Shown: piece by piece, positions 7,013 to 15,421 of the stretch
How positions within the stretch are numbered: position 1 is the stretch's first letter
Layout: every line of letters starts with the position of its first letter
Assembly: GCF_000018465.1 (NCBI RefSeq)
Contig: NC_010085.1
Location: 1,560,001 to 1,592,000 of the forward strand
Length of the DNA stretch: 32,000 nt
From: Nitrosopumilus maritimus SCM1
GTDB taxonomy: Archaea > Thermoproteota > Nitrososphaeria > Nitrososphaerales > Nitrosopumilaceae
Direction of reading: 5' to 3'
The notes under the pieces: model-generated
The model's input: only the letters and a program-made list of their open reading frames with translations
Told to the model about the DNA's origin: nothing
The model's database searches: none
Translations under genes and position numbers: made by a program

Positions 7013-8557
7013 CTAGTGTTTTCTAAAAATTGCAGAACCGATCATTATTAGACCAGAAGCAATCATTCCAGAAATGCCAAATATTTCATTTGTTTGATAT
7101 AGTAATACTGAACCAATAAAAATTGCAGATGCAAAAATACTTCCACCAAGAAATACCATTGGCTTTCTTTTTTGCATAGAAAATTTAGCTTCATCCATGA
7201 ACTTTTCCATTTCAGGTCCTAATCGTAATGCTGAATCAATTGATTTTGCAAACTTGTCAAATGATATCTTTAGCTCTTCAACGTATGCTTTTGGAATCAT
7301 GTTTTCTTCTTGTAAAATATTTCTTAGAACTTTGACAAATTTGAAATCAACATCATGTGTTTTGTAAATTCCTTCAATTATTGATGCCATTCTCATGTAA
7401 AGAGCCAAATTCTTTGGTAAAACAAATGGAAACTTACTCATTGTTTGATTTGCAAGCTCCATCAAACTTTGAACTTCCATCTCATCAGGTTTGTTTCCAT
7501 GCATTGCACGAATAGATAGTTCAATTCCTTTTTCGATAACTTGTCTGTTATATCCAGGAGTAAGCATTCCCAATTCTGCCATAGCGTTGACTACTCTGGG
7601 AGGATTTTTTTCAACTAGTGCAAGGTATAGTCGTATGAGTTTGTATCGTGTTTCATTGTTTATTCTTCCCACCATACCATAATCATAGAGAATTAGTTTT
7701 CCATCATCAGTTACCGAGATATTTCCTGGGTGAGGATCTGCATGGAAAAGAGAATGTTTGAGAAGCATGGTGAAAAAGACCTTGTGAACATCAATTACTA
7801 GTTGTTCTCTATCAACGCCTTTCTCATCAAGTGCCTGTACATTTGTAACCTTAATTCCTGGTAAATATTCCATAGTCAGGACATTTTTTGAGGAATAATC
7901 ATCATAAACTGAGGGAACAATAACTTTGTCATTGTTTTCCATATCTTGTTTGATTTTTTTGAGATTCTCAGATTCGTTTGTGTAATCCATCTCTTCTCTA
8001 ATGGTTTCAATAAATTGAGAAAGCATTGCTTTTGCAGAGTATCTAAGATTAGGATCAACAAATCTCAAAGCAAGTGGCAGGATTTTCTTTAGAACTTTTA
8101 GATCCTCTTTTACAACTTGTTCAATGCCAGGTCTTTTTACTTTGATGACAATTTGTTGTCCAGAAATAGAACCACGATAAACTTGACCTAATGATGCGCC
8201 AGATATGGAGTTTGTATCAATATCATCAAATTTTTCGTTAATTGGTCCAAGATCTTTTTCAATAATTGGTTTTACTTGTTCAAATGGTGCAGATGGAACG
8301 CTGTCTTGTAGTTTAGATAGTTCTTCAAGATATGGTTGAGGTAGAATATCTGCCCTAGATGACAACCATTGTCCTAGTTTGATGTATACAGGTCCCAAAG
8401 AGACAAAAGTGTCAAGAGCTTTTCTTGCATTTTTTCTGAATTGTTCAGAATCAATTGTATTTTTTTCTTGTTGTGTCCATTTTTTTCTATCTTTTCGTAG
8501 AGCCAAAATTGATGGCAAGAGTTTGATCAACACATAGATTGTTCTTCCAGCAGACAT
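7013..8557 (-). CDS. ubiB: ABC1/UbiB-family atypical protein kinase with C-terminal TM helices
   Basis: LGPVYIKLGQWLSSRADILP signature, FHADPHPGN catalytic-loop motif, and two hydrophobic C-terminal segments. Confidence 0.85.
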   Translation of the reverse strand: MSAGRTIYVLIKLLPSILALRKDRKKWTQQEKNTIDSEQFRKNARKALDTFVSLGPVYIKLGQWLSSRADILPQPYLEELSKLQDSVPSAPFEQVKPIIEKDLGPINEKFDDIDTNSISGASLGQVYRGSISGQQIVIKVKRPGIEQVVKEDLKVLKKILPLALRFVDPNLRYSAKAMLSQFIETIREEMDYTNESENLKKIKQDMENNDKVIVPSVYDDYSSKNVLTMEYLPGIKVTNVQALDEKGVDREQLVIDVHKVFFTMLLKHSLFHADPHPGNISVTDDGKLILYDYGMVGRINNETRYKLIRLYLALVEKNPPRVVNAMAELGMLTPGYNRQVIEKGIELSIRAMHGNKPDEMEVQSLMELANQTMSKFPFVLPKNLALYMRMASIIEGIYKTHDVDFKFVKVLRNILQEENMIPKAYVEELKISFDKFAKSIDSALRLGPEMEKFMDEAKFSMQKRKPMVFLGGSIFASAIFIGSVLLYQTNEIFGISGMIASGLIMIGSAIFRKH

Positions 8558-8560
8558 TAT

Positions 8561-8944
8561 TTACTCCAAATAATCTTTAATCTTTTTTGATGCAACATAT
8601 CCAATATATCCAGAAAGAACTGATGAGATCAATCCAGATGTTAAAGAAAGTTTTTTTGAATTATTATTAAAAACAGATTTTGCAATTTTAGAACCACCAA
8701 AAATTCCACATGCTAAACCAATCAAGACTTCTGGTGCATCATAAACAAGATGGCCAATAGGATCTTTTCTTGGATCAATTTTATCAGTATGTACTAGGAA
8801 TTTGTCATCATACTCTCTAATGTGCAAATTACCATAACGATATTGTTTTAGTGCACCATTTTTTTGTCCAAGAACAGTTTCTTCAGCACCGTCAATCATG
8901 AATTCACGTAATTCCTTTGGAACTTCAATCTCATCAAATGGCAT
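8561..8944 (-). CDS. hypothetical protein with a soluble N-domain and two C-terminal TM helices
   Basis: 127-aa ORF ending 3 nt before the ubiB start. A TATA-like TATAAG/AAAAATATAAG is centred about 27 nt upstream of its ATG. Confidence 0.55.
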   Translation of the reverse strand: MPFDEIEVPKELREFMIDGAEETVLGQKNGALKQYRYGNLHIREYDDKFLVHTDKIDPRKDPIGHLVYDAPEVLIGLACGIFGGSKIAKSVFNNNSKKLSLTSGLISSVLSGYIGYVASKKIKDYLE

Positions 8945-8999
8945 GATCGCAAGATCGACTAATTGCTTATATTTTTAGTGTAAAAAGTAGTATACTAAA

Positions 9000-9188
9000 T
9001 TAATTTTTGAGCCTGTCTTTTGTAAATATCACAAAACTAATTCCAAATGCGATAAGCATTCCAATTCCAGTTGCATATGCATAATTGAATCCAACACCAG
9101 GATGTACTTCCTCATGATAATTATTTATCAAAAATGTAGCAACTAGCAAAATAGAGCCAATTATCGTTAATTTTCTATGAAGTTCCAA
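9000..9188 (-). CDS. small two-TM membrane protein (TTG start)
   Basis: 62-aa ORF with two hydrophobic helices. The only available start is TTG, and no motif was recognised. Confidence 0.35.
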   Translation of the reverse strand: MELHRKLTIIGSILLVATFLINNYHEEVHPGVGFNYAYATGIGMLIAFGISFVIFTKDRLKN

Positions 9189-9247
9189 TAATTATAATTT
9201 TGATAATTACTATATGAATTTAGAAAAACTGTACAAGTTGATTTAGA

Positions 9248-9589
9248 TCAAGGTTCAGATTCCATTGCAGATAATCGTTGAATTACTTGTTCAAGTTCTG
9301 CCTTGTTGTCATTAATTACACGTTTTACAACTTCAATTTCTTCATTGATTTGTTCTAATTGCTCATTATCAGAATTTTTTATTTGATTTTCCAAATCTGT
9401 TAAAACTTGTTGATTATACTGGTTGATTTTTTCTAATTCATTTTTGTATTTCTCTAATTTTACATATTGATTAGAAATTTCTGAAAGTTCAGGAATATCA
9501 TTGATTTCTTGATTTGTCAAAAAACCAGAAATAGTAACTATTCCACCTACTACTAATGCTGCAATGATGACAACAATACTCAATCTCAT
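9248..9589 (-). CDS. N-terminally TM-anchored coiled-coil protein
   Basis: The LSIVVIIAALVVGGIVTISGF anchor is followed by about 80 aa of heptad-like Q/E/N/K-rich sequence. Confidence 0.5.
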   Translation of the reverse strand: MRLSIVVIIAALVVGGIVTISGFLTNQEINDIPELSEISNQYVKLEKYKNELEKINQYNQQVLTDLENQIKNSDNEQLEQINEEIEVVKRVINDNKAELEQVIQRLSAMESEP

Positions 9590-9639
9590 TTCTAATCGAT
9601 TTTAATTCTCCAAAATAATATTAAAAATTAATTATTTAT

Positions 9640-10932
9640 CTAAGCAGTTTTTTTACGCCTACGCATTATGTACATTCCTGCTGCAATAGCAATTACAATA
9701 GGAATGATGATCATCGAAGAATCAGGACCAGATTCATTATCAGTTGTAGGTTCATTTACAAAAATTGTAGTATCTTCAATTACAAAGAGTTCATCCCTAA
9801 CACTGTCTTTGTATCTTACAGTAATTGTAATCTCATGTTCTCCATATTCAGGTTCACCATCAAATTCAATTGGAACATTAAATGGTACAGGTGCATCTAC
9901 TTCAATTTCATCAATAAACTGAGTATTTGATTTGATATTTGAATCACCACGAGGCTCAATACTTACAAATCCAAACAAACCATCTTCATTTCCCTCATTG
10001 ATAATTTCTCCTATTACCATCTGTGTTCCAGATAACTCAATTACATCAATGTTGAATATTGTAAGTTCTATCAACCCTTTAATGTAAAAGTCAACAATTT
10101 TTGAAATTATTTGTTGATCACCATGTGCATTATAGTATGATATACTCAAAGGAATTCTAAGAGTGTCATCTTTTAGTCCTTCTGGAACATATACTGTTGC
10201 AGTAAGATGTCTACTAGATCTTGGTTCAATATTTCCAACATCCCAATTAGATTCTAAGAGTACAATATTTTCTACGTTTGTAGTAGAGGATGTTGTCGAA
10301 GCCAGTTCTGTCTGAGTATTAGTTGCAACAATATCAACACTAGATATTGGTGCAGTTCCATCATTTGCAATTTCAATTACTACATTGTTTGTTCTAAGAG
10401 ATGTAAGGAATGGATCTAAAGCTCTTACATTTATCAAACTATCACCAGTTACCTTAAACTGAAAGTCTTCAAATGCAGTTCGGACACCAGACTCTCTTAA
10501 TCTAGAATAATCAACCTTTACTGTTCCAGGATATTGTTGAATAGTGACATTTTGATCTACATTAACAAAGAATGTTAGATGGAAATTCTCACCTGCTAGA
10601 GAATTTGCATCACTATCAGCTTTTATGATTGAACCAGGTCCATCAGCTGCTGAAAATCCAAAAGGTAATGATAATTGTCCTTTAATTCCTGTGATATCTT
10701 GAGTTCCAACATTTGCAAACACTACAGTGAATGGAACATTACTATCTCCAGCTTCAACTTCTATTTTTTCATCTATAGTACCAAAGTATGCATCTAAGAA
10801 TTTGACATCGCCAAAATCTCTTTCAAATGGAGAATCACCAAATCCACCAGATGTAATCTGTGCATATGAATTTCCCAAAAAGAGTGGTATGAGAAGGAAT
10901 GAAAGTAACAAAAAGAATAGTTTTTGATTCAT
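9640..10932 (-). CDS. secreted, C-terminally anchored surface protein with three repeated beta-sandwich-like (CARDB/COG1361-like) segments
   Basis: Signal-like N-terminus MNQKLFFLLLSFLLIPLFLGNSYAQ and C-terminal TM plus basic tail IPIVIAIAAGMYIMRRRKKTA. Three similar segments: VVFANVGTQDITGIKG, VVIEIANDGTAPISSVD, VIGEIINEGNEDGLFG. Confidence 0.65.
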   Translation of the reverse strand: MNQKLFFLLLSFLLIPLFLGNSYAQITSGGFGDSPFERDFGDVKFLDAYFGTIDEKIEVEAGDSNVPFTVVFANVGTQDITGIKGQLSLPFGFSAADGPGSIIKADSDANSLAGENFHLTFFVNVDQNVTIQQYPGTVKVDYSRLRESGVRTAFEDFQFKVTGDSLINVRALDPFLTSLRTNNVVIEIANDGTAPISSVDIVATNTQTELASTTSSTTNVENIVLLESNWDVGNIEPRSSRHLTATVYVPEGLKDDTLRIPLSISYYNAHGDQQIISKIVDFYIKGLIELTIFNIDVIELSGTQMVIGEIINEGNEDGLFGFVSIEPRGDSNIKSNTQFIDEIEVDAPVPFNVPIEFDGEPEYGEHEITITVRYKDSVRDELFVIEDTTIFVNEPTTDNESGPDSSMIIIPIVIAIAAGMYIMRRRKKTA

Positions 10933-11636
10933 TTTACTAAAACCTCCATTTCAGACGGCATATCTCCTTCAAAGGCTTTACCATCTTTTATTGTGATTAC
11001 TTTGTCTACATCACCAAAGTGTTGACGATCATGTGTGACAATAACAAATGTCTGATTAAGTTTTTTTGCCATGTCTTTCATCAATTGAACTATAGTTTCA
11101 GATGTAACAGAGTCTAGATTTCCTGTAGGCTCATCTGCTAAAACAATTGATGGTTTATTGATTAATCCTCTTGCAATAGCTGCTCTTTGAGCTTGTCCAC
11201 CTGAAATTTTATTTGCACGTTTATTCATTTGATCTTCTAATCCAACTGCTTTTAGCAAATCTCTTGCATCTTTTTCAGCAGTTTCATTTGTTCCTGCAAT
11301 TTGTCGTGGCAACAAGACATTTTCTAGGACTGTCAAGTCAGTAAGCAGATTTGAAAATTGGAAGATGAATCCCAGTTTTTTATTTCTAAATGAAGAGATC
11401 TTATCATCATCAAGAGTTGTTGTATCAGTTCCATCAATGTAGATCTTACCACTTGTCGGGCGGTCAAGTAAACCAATCATGTTAAGTAGCGTAGATTTTC
11501 CTGAACCAGAACTTCCAACAATTAGAACAATTTCACCTTGTTCAACTGACAAAGTTGCATTATCAAGAGCTTTGACTTTGTTTTCACCTTCACCATAGAC
11601 TTTGGTAAGATTGTGGATATCTAGTACCTTAGACAG
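10929..11636 (-). CDS. ABC transporter ATP-binding protein (LolD/MacB-type, COG1136-like); start proposed at CTG 11636
   Basis: Walker A GSSGSGKST, signature ISGGQAQR, Walker B IVLADEPTGNLD. Coding-like sequence (SKVLDIHNLTKVYGEGENKVKALDNAT) continues 28 codons upstream of the track's TTG, up to a TGA at 11640-11642, with no ATG/GTG/TTG in between. Confidence 0.85.
   Translation of the reverse strand: MSKVLDIHNLTKVYGEGENKVKALDNATLSVEQGEIVLIVGSSGSGKSTLLNMIGLLDRPTSGKIYIDGTDTTTLDDDKISSFRNKKLGFIFQFSNLLTDLTVLENVLLPRQIAGTNETAEKDARDLLKAVGLEDQMNKRANKISGGQAQRAAIARGLINKPSIVLADEPTGNLDSVTSETIVQLMKDMAKKLNQTFVIVTHDRQHFGDVDKVITIKDGKAFEGDMPSEMEVLVK
10943..10947 (-). promoter_or_regulatory. Shine-Dalgarno GGAGG for the surface-protein gene
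   Basis: Minus strand reads GGAGG-TTTTAGTAAA-ATG, a 10-nt spacer. Confidence 0.5.
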
Positions 11637-12816
11637 TTCTCATCGCCTCCACTGGTAATAGCTTTGTAGCCCTATACGACGGATAGAGTGACGCAATAAT
11701 TGCCAAAATAAATGAAGTTAAAGCAGTTTGGATGATCTTCTCCCAGTTATAGGTAACTTCAAGAGGCAAACTATTGTTAAATGACATTTTAGTTTCCTTT
11801 GCATAGAATGTGTATCCCAAGCCTGCAGCCGTACCTACACCAGCACCAATAGCTCCAATAATCATTCCTTGGAAAATAAAGATAATCAAAATATCCTTTC
11901 TTTTTGCTCCAATAGATCTCATTACACCGATTTCACGGGTTTTTCCATTTACCAACATCATTTGAATTGTTACAATAGCAAAAGCTGAAGACATCATTCC
12001 AAAATAACCAATCATGTTAATCATTGCAATACCAGATCTAAATCCAGCTAGTTGTTCTTCAGCTGACTCTTCTATTGTTTCAGCTTTAAAATCATCATTT
12101 GGAAATGAACGTAAGAAAAATTCTTTTACTTCAAATGCTTTTGTGGGATCATTTAGTTTTACCATAAATGATCCTGTATCACCTTGTCTATTCATCATGT
12201 CACGTAATGTATCAATATGAATAACTGCAGTATAGTCAAATCCTTGACCTCCAGGAGATTTTGCAATTCCTGAAACAGTAAATCTTCTTATTTCATCTTG
12301 TCCATATCTGTCTACTACTAGAACTTTGACACTGTCACCAACTTCAGCTCCTCCAAGATCTCTTGCAACATTAGAACCTAATACAATAGAGTTTCTTGAA
12401 AAAACATAACTTCCTTCTGAAACAGTTTCATGAACAGTTGATGCTCTAATATCTCTAAATGGATCAATTCCAACTATAGGAACTCTTGTTTCTTCAACTA
12501 GTTTTCCATTTTTTGTCATATTCATTTCGGCAGTTGATGAAAGCCGCGGTGTTGCCGCCTCTACATATGGAATTCTTTCAAACCAATTTACAACAGATAA
12601 ATCTGATTTATCTATATAGTCTGCCTCATCAGTTACAAGAATGTCACCATTTCTGTAATCACTGATATCTCTGACAATTGCATCAAACAATCCTTGGAAA
12701 ATTACAAAATTTACATGAATTACTAAAATTCCGATAGTAACAGCTAGAACTGCACCAATCAAGCTTCCTTTTTTGTTGAATAGCATTCTTTTGGCTAATC
12801 GTAATCGGTATTCCAC
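11629..12816 (-). CDS. FtsX/MacB-type ABC permease with a large extracytoplasmic domain (GTG start)
   Basis: TM1 is followed by a roughly 230-aa non-hydrophobic domain and then three TMs. FtsX-like MRSIGAKRKDILIIFIFQGMIIGAIG, and the family-typical C-terminus YRATKLLPVEAMR. Confidence 0.85.
   Translation of the reverse strand: MEYRLRLAKRMLFNKKGSLIGAVLAVTIGILVIHVNFVIFQGLFDAIVRDISDYRNGDILVTDEADYIDKSDLSVVNWFERIPYVEAATPRLSSTAEMNMTKNGKLVEETRVPIVGIDPFRDIRASTVHETVSEGSYVFSRNSIVLGSNVARDLGGAEVGDSVKVLVVDRYGQDEIRRFTVSGIAKSPGGQGFDYTAVIHIDTLRDMMNRQGDTGSFMVKLNDPTKAFEVKEFFLRSFPNDDFKAETIEESAEEQLAGFRSGIAMINMIGYFGMMSSAFAIVTIQMMLVNGKTREIGVMRSIGAKRKDILIIFIFQGMIIGAIGAGVGTAAGLGYTFYAKETKMSFNNSLPLEVTYNWEKIIQTALTSFILAIIASLYPSYRATKLLPVEAMRTV
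11646..11650 (-). promoter_or_regulatory. Shine-Dalgarno GGAGG for the ABC ATPase gene
   Basis: Minus strand reads GGAGG-CGATGAGAA-CTG, a 9-nt spacer. It is embedded in the last codons of the permease gene. Confidence 0.5.
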
Positions 12817-12844
12817 GAGTTCACTAAAATAGTCTGATATTTAA

Positions 12845-12877
12845 TGTCTATGGTCCATAGTGCTAACATTATAGACA
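12845..12877. promoter_or_regulatory. nested inverted repeats in the divergent ABC/Lrp intergenic region (candidate operator)
   Basis: CTATGG-T-CCATAG (12848-12860) is nested inside TGTCTAT (12845-12851) ... ATAGACA (12871-12877). A TATA-like TTTTATATGA lies at 12879-12888. Confidence 0.3.
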
Positions 12878-12932
12878 GTTTTATATGATATTAGTTTTTT
12901 ATGAGTTGTAGAATAGTATTGGAGATGACAAA

Positions 12933-13835
12933 ATGGACAATTTAGACATGAAAATTTTGAGCAGATTGCTCAATAATTGCAGAGAATCAGATAGACAGAT
13001 TGGAAAAGAACTGGGAATTTCAGGAGGAGCAGTTAGAGTCAGAATAAAAAAAATGCAAGAAAGTGGAGTTATAGAGAAATTTTTCCTCAAAATTGAGCCA
13101 CCAATTTTGGGTCATGGTGTATTGTACTTTGTAGTATCAGGAGAAAATATTCAAGAAATTTTGGAACAAGTCAGTCTAGTAGGTGAGCCATACATTGTAG
13201 TTCCGTGTGTTGGTGGAGTAACAGTATGCGGTATTGCAATTCAAGAAAATTTAGAACAAAAAATTGAACTTGCAAAAAAGTTAATGAAAGATCTTAGAGT
13301 ATTATCAATTTTCGAAGCTGAAAATTCAGTATTCAAATCTAATTTAACAAAAACAGATTTACAAATTCTAGAGGAATTAATCAAAGAACCAAGACAAAAA
13401 ATTGAAAAAATTGCAAAGAATACAGATCTATCGACTAAGACTGTAACAAGATGTATAGAAAAATTACATGGAAATGATGGTTTTCAATTCACTTTAATTT
13501 ATGATCCAACAAAAATTGAAGATTTTATTCCTCATGCAGTACTTTCATGGATTGATGGAGACTTGAAAGAAACATTAGAAAATTTGAATGATACATTTTC
13601 AGAATCTTATTTACAAATTCCTTTTATTGCAAAAAATCAAATTGTATTATTTTTGTATAGTGACAGCATATTCAAAATGGATGAATTAACACAAAAGGTT
13701 AGAACAAGTAAAAATATAAAATCAGCAGATTTGTTTATTCCTAAAAAAATTTCATTTTATACAAATTGGATGAAAAAATCAATTGTAGAATCAAAAAAAT
13801 CTCCAAAATTGCATCTTTCATATCAAACAAATTAA
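12933..13835 (+). CDS. tandem (duplicated) Lrp/AsnC-family transcriptional regulator
   Basis: Two HTH_AsnC-like modules (LDMKILSRLLNNCRESDRQIGKELGISGGAVRVRIKKMQESGVI; TDLQILEELIKEPRQKIEKIAKNTDLSTKTVTRCIEKL), each followed by an approximately 80-100-aa RAM-like region. GGAG lies 8 nt upstream of the ATG. Confidence 0.7.
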   Translation: MDNLDMKILSRLLNNCRESDRQIGKELGISGGAVRVRIKKMQESGVIEKFFLKIEPPILGHGVLYFVVSGENIQEILEQVSLVGEPYIVVPCVGGVTVCGIAIQENLEQKIELAKKLMKDLRVLSIFEAENSVFKSNLTKTDLQILEELIKEPRQKIEKIAKNTDLSTKTVTRCIEKLHGNDGFQFTLIYDPTKIEDFIPHAVLSWIDGDLKETLENLNDTFSESYLQIPFIAKNQIVLFLYSDSIFKMDELTQKVRTSKNIKSADLFIPKKISFYTNWMKKSIVESKKSPKLHLSYQTN

Positions 13836-13860
13836 ATAATAATAATTTCTTCAAAATTGT

Positions 13861-14376
13861 ATGAAGAAGAAAAAGATCTATGAAGGAAAAATCTTAGGTC
13901 TTAGTGTTTATGATGGAAAAATTGAAGGAAGAAAAGTAAAACGAGAAGTAATAGAGCATCGAGGGGCTGCTGCAATGCTTGCTTTTGATGAAGACAAAAA
14001 AGTCATTTTAGTAAAGCAACATAGATTTCCGCATGGTTATGTTCTAGAAATTCCTGCAGGCACATTAGAAAAGAAAGAAGAGCCCATCAAATGTGCATTT
14101 AGAGAATTAGAAGAAGAGACAGGGTATAGAGCAAAGAAAATGACGCCTCTAATCACATACTATCCATCAATTGGGTACAATTCTGAGATAATTCACTGTT
14201 TTGTAGCCTCAGGATTGAAGAAGATTGCAGATTTGAAACTTGATGAGGATGAAATTTTATCAGTAGAAAAAGTAGATATGAAAAAACTACTCAACATGAT
14301 AAAGTCTGGAAAAATTCAAGATTCAAAAACAATATGTGCAGTTTTAACATATGCTGCAAAAAAGAAATTATACTAA
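13861..14376 (+). CDS. NUDIX hydrolase (ADP-ribose pyrophosphatase-like)
   Basis: Nudix box [23 protein letters not shown]. 171 aa. Confidence 0.85.
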   Translation: MKKKKIYEGKILGLSVYDGKIEGRKVKREVIEHRGAAAMLAFDEDKKVILVKQHRFPHGYVLEIPAGTLEKKEEPIKCAFRELEEETGYRAKKMTPLITYYPSIGYNSEIIHCFVASGLKKIADLKLDEDEILSVEKVDMKKLLNMIKSGKIQDSKTICAVLTYAAKKKLY

Positions 14377-15357
14377 CTATTTGTTATAGATTGGTTGAAC
14401 AAGATCTGCAACATCAGCCCAAGATTGAGCAATTCTCTCAAACATAAACACCATATCAAGAAAATCAATTGGAATTTCTTTTTTAGTGCCTAATGAGGTT
14501 CTAAGTTTAGAAAGCTGGTCTTCAAATTTTTTGTGTAGAGATATTGCTTCAATTGCTAATAGCCTATCAGGTTTTGTAAAAGCATCAATTGATTTTTCTG
14601 CTAATTGATTAAAGTTTTTTACAACATCATGGATTTTTTTGTATTGGTCTTTTGACAAAGAAGAGTTGTAGATAAAATCAGATAACTCTACAATAGAATC
14701 ACCAGTATTTTCAAGAAGATTGGCTGCAACTCTATAATCAAGAACATCAATATTTTCTAAATTAAATGCATTTGCTAGTCTCTTATCAACAAGAGTGCTA
14801 CGAATTAATCTTACAAGTAAGAAATATTGTCTATTTACTTCTTCATCACGTTTTGATAATGTTTGCAAATTTGATTTATCATCTGCAATTAATCCATTTG
14901 TTGCATCATCATACATTCCAATTGCAATAGAACTCATACGTTTGAGTATTTTTTGAGGATTAAGTGTGGTGGAATCTAATAGAAACTGCATGTTGATGTG
15001 TGATGCATCTTCTTCAATTATTTCCATTCCAACAAGTCTTCTCATAGAATTACGAATTTTTTCTCTATCTTCACCAGGAATTATAGAATCAGAAGTAATC
15101 TCAATAATGTCATATCCTAAAAGATATCCACCTGTAATGTCAGCTACAATGTTTTCTTCTTTTGGCAATGGATATGAGATTACAAGTTCTTTTGTTGGAC
15201 GAGTTTCTTTGTTTGCAGAAATTGAGATATTATCCTGACCAGTTTCAAGCTCAACCTGACTACTTTTGTCTAGTTTGTTTGCATCAACCCATTCCTTTGG
15301 GAGTGATACTAAGATGCTACTTCCAATTCTTTGTAGGCGTCTAACAAATTTAGTCAA
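14377..15357 (-). CDS. AbrB/SpoVT-domain plus PhoU-domain regulator (TTG start)
   Basis: N-terminal VRRLQRIGSSILVSLPKEWV (swapped-hairpin AbrB-like) is followed by a helical PhoU-like repeat region. TTG is the only start after the in-frame upstream stop. Confidence 0.75.
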   Translation of the reverse strand: MTKFVRRLQRIGSSILVSLPKEWVDANKLDKSSQVELETGQDNISISANKETRPTKELVISYPLPKEENIVADITGGYLLGYDIIEITSDSIIPGEDREKIRNSMRRLVGMEIIEEDASHINMQFLLDSTTLNPQKILKRMSSIAIGMYDDATNGLIADDKSNLQTLSKRDEEVNRQYFLLVRLIRSTLVDKRLANAFNLENIDVLDYRVAANLLENTGDSIVELSDFIYNSSLSKDQYKKIHDVVKNFNQLAEKSIDAFTKPDRLLAIEAISLHKKFEDQLSKLRTSLGTKKEIPIDFLDMVFMFERIAQSWADVADLVQPIYNK

Positions 15358-15390
15358 TTTATACTAATTTAATTAATTTAAGCCATATTC

Positions 15391-15399
15391 TTATATTTT
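15391..15399 (+). promoter_or_regulatory. TATA-box-like element upstream of the CoA gene cluster
   Basis: TTATATTTT is centred about 27 nt upstream of ATG 15422. Confidence 0.35.
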
Positions 15400-15421
15400 G
15401 TGTAAAATTTAAACCCAGATC

